A stretch of DNA of 58,089 bases. Source: Clostridiales bacterium. GTDB lineage: Bacteria > Bacillota > Clostridia > Oscillospirales > Oscillospiraceae. Location of the stretch: assembly GCA_029267755.1 (NCBI GenBank), contig JAJUHS010000001.1, positions 1 to 58,089 on the forward strand. The letters are read 5' to 3'. The notes under the pieces were generated by a model. That model searched no databases. It worked only from the letters and a program-made list of their open reading frames with translations, and was not told the DNA's origin. The translations under genes were made by a program, and so were the position numbers. Within the stretch, counting starts at the first letter, position 1. Every line of letters starts with the position of its first letter. This document shows positions 56,623 to 58,089 of the stretch, piece after piece.

Positions 56623-57114
56623 ATGGAAAAGAAAAGATTTCTAGAGGCAGGCAAAATAGTCAATACCCATGGCATAAGGGGCGAGGTAAAAATACTGCCC
56701 TGGTGCGACAGTCCCGAATTCCTTTGCGGCTTCGACCGCCTCTATATAAACGAGACGCCGTTCAGGGTGCTTTCTTCCTATGTCCATAAAAATTGTTTGA
56801 TCGCGCAGCTTGAGGGTGTATCGGCAGTGGGAGCGGCAATGGCGCTTAAAAATTCGGTGGTCTGCATAGCGCGCGAGGACGTTAAGCTCGAAGAAGGCGA
56901 ATACTTTATCGCCGACGCAATTGGGCTTCCGGTCTACGACGAGGAAAGCGGCGAGCAGATCGGTATTTTAAAGGATGTGCTCGAGTATCCGGCTTCAAAA
57001 ATCTTCGTTGTTTCGGACGGAACCGAACGTCTTATACCCGCCGTGCCCGAATTCGTCAAAAAGGTCGATACCGAGAACGGTGCAATTTATGTCCGGCTTA
57101 TTGAGGGGATGTGA
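56623..57114 (+). CDS. rimM: 16S rRNA processing protein RimM
   Basis: GKIVNTHGIRGEVKI plus a PRC-barrel C-terminus. Conserved position. Confidence 0.9.
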   Translation: MEKKRFLEAGKIVNTHGIRGEVKILPWCDSPEFLCGFDRLYINETPFRVLSSYVHKNCLIAQLEGVSAVGAAMALKNSVVCIAREDVKLEEGEYFIADAIGLPVYDEESGEQIGILKDVLEYPASKIFVVSDGTERLIPAVPEFVKKVDTENGAIYVRLIEGM

Positions 57115-57875
57115 GCTTTTTGCGAATCGATATAATGACGCTTTTCCCAGATGTAGTCGGAGATATGCTCTGCGAGAGCATACTTGGTCGGGCGCAGGAA
57201 CGCGGATTCATCAGGATAGAATGCCATCAAATCCGAGATTACACCACAAACAAGCAGAATCAGGTGGACGATTACCCCTACGGAGGAGGGCGAGGCTGTG
57301 TAATGCAGGCTCAGCCGCTGCACGCCTGCTGGGAGCATATCTGCTCAGACGCCGGCGAACGCATCCACACCATTTATATGTCGCCGCAGGGTAAAGTTTT
57401 TACGCAAAGCGACGCAAAAAGGCTAAAAAGCAACTATAACAGGCTTATCCTTGTATGCGGCCACTACGAGGGCGTGGACGAGCGCTTTATCGAGGAATGC
57501 GTCGATGAGGAAATCTCAATCGGCGACTTCGTGCTTACGGGCGGCGAGATACCGGCGATGGCTGTCGCCGACGCGGTTTGCCGGCTTGTTCCAGGCGTTC
57601 TGCCGGATGAGGAGTGCTTCAAGGAGGAAAGCCATTGGGACGGGCTTCTGGAATATCCTCAGTATACGCGTCCGGAGATCTGGAACGGCAGGCGTGTGCC
57701 CGAAATACTCCTTTCGGGGCACCACGCCAATATAGCCAGATGGCGCAAAAAGCAGTCTATAATCAGAACCATGAAACGCAGACCCGATATGTTTGAAAAG
57801 CTCGAGTTTACAAGCAAACAGGAAAAAAAGCTGCTTGCCGAAATCATGGCGGAGGTTGAGGAAGAGAATACTTGA
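57111..57875 (+). CDS. trmD: tRNA (guanine37-N1)-methyltransferase
   Basis: RIDIMTLFPD, GGGRGCVM, CGHYEGVDER, LTGGEIPAM. GTG 57111 overlaps the rimM stop; TTG 57120 is an alternative start. Confidence 0.93.
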   Translation: MSFLRIDIMTLFPDVVGDMLCESILGRAQERGFIRIECHQIRDYTTNKQNQVDDYPYGGGRGCVMQAQPLHACWEHICSDAGERIHTIYMSPQGKVFTQSDAKRLKSNYNRLILVCGHYEGVDERFIEECVDEEISIGDFVLTGGEIPAMAVADAVCRLVPGVLPDEECFKEESHWDGLLEYPQYTRPEIWNGRRVPEILLSGHHANIARWRKKQSIIRTMKRRPDMFEKLEFTSKQEKKLLAEIMAEVEEENT

Positions 57876-57892
57876 CGACGTTTATGATGAGC

Positions 57893-57932
57893 AAAACATA
57901 ACCCGGTTCATGTCAGAACCGGGTTATGTTTT
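57893..57932. terminator. Bidirectional terminator
   Basis: Perfect 17-bp stem AAAACATAACCCGGTTC / GAACCGGGTTATGTTTT around a 6-nt loop. Confidence 0.75.
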
Positions 57933-57966
57933 ACAGAATATTATTGCCCTATTGGTTTATACGAAG

Positions 57967-58089
57967 TTACTTCGTCATGCTGCGGATAAACCGTTCGAGC
58001 ATGGCCGCGATCTCCGCGCGGGTGGCGGCGCCCTGCGGGTTCAGTCCACCGTTCCCATCGCCCTTTATGATGCCCGCGCCGCAGGCCCA
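57967..58089 (-). CDS. 3' end of a CDS ending in an SLH-like segment (window-truncated)
   Basis: My own translation of the minus strand: WACGAGIIKGDGNGGLNPQGAATRAEIAAMLERFIRSMTK*, the typical SLH pattern (G..F.P....TRAE.A.ML.R). Not in the ORF track because it is under 60 aa. Confidence 0.55.
   Translation of the reverse strand, partial: WACGAGIIKGDGNGGLNPQGAATRAEIAAMLERFIRSMTK

Overview
This 58-kb chromosomal window probably comes from a Gram-positive anaerobe of the class Clostridia. That is an inference from gene content: SLH-domain wall proteins, fhs, a 419-aa leuC with a short leuD, rimO-pgsA, and ylxM-ffh-rpsP-KH-rimM-trmD. No transposase, integrase, CRISPR array or rRNA was seen.

Core blocks:
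- Minus strand: a tandem-OB SSB-like gene, pgsA, rimO, recX, recA, prmC, a DUF1385 gene.
- A solitary tRNA-Leu(CAA).
- A nine-gene branched-chain amino-acid operon, leuA-ilvB-ilvN-ilvC-ilvD-cimA-leuC-leuD-leuB.
- An MCP, fhs, lgt, an M16 peptidase pair, and the ylxM-ffh-rpsP-KH-rimM-trmD cluster.

Accessory or unusual parts:
1. A surface-hydrolase locus (7.4-17 kb). It holds a secreted ~1665-aa protein that is an internal tandem duplication with two alpha/beta-hydrolase modules, plus a membrane-anchored CocE/NonD hydrolase. A multi-TM LuxR-type regulator and a translationally coupled amidohydrolase are transcribed divergently.
2. A YknXYZ/MacAB-type efflux operon followed by an SLH wall protein.
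3. An amt-PII fusion gene and a small membrane protein. Their leader carries three tandem copies of a GACAATGGGGTC box, each fused to an intrinsic terminator.
4. Two tandem Ile/Leu/Val-rich mini-ORFs, each with its own terminator, upstream of leuA. They are absent from the ORF track.
5. A roughly 50-nt U-tract/hairpin/A-tract element present three times, each just 5' of a start codon.
6. A ~2478-aa cyclic-beta-1,2-glucan-synthase-like protein (GT domain plus GH94 domain).

All family calls rest on motifs read by eye from the translations. No database search was possible.
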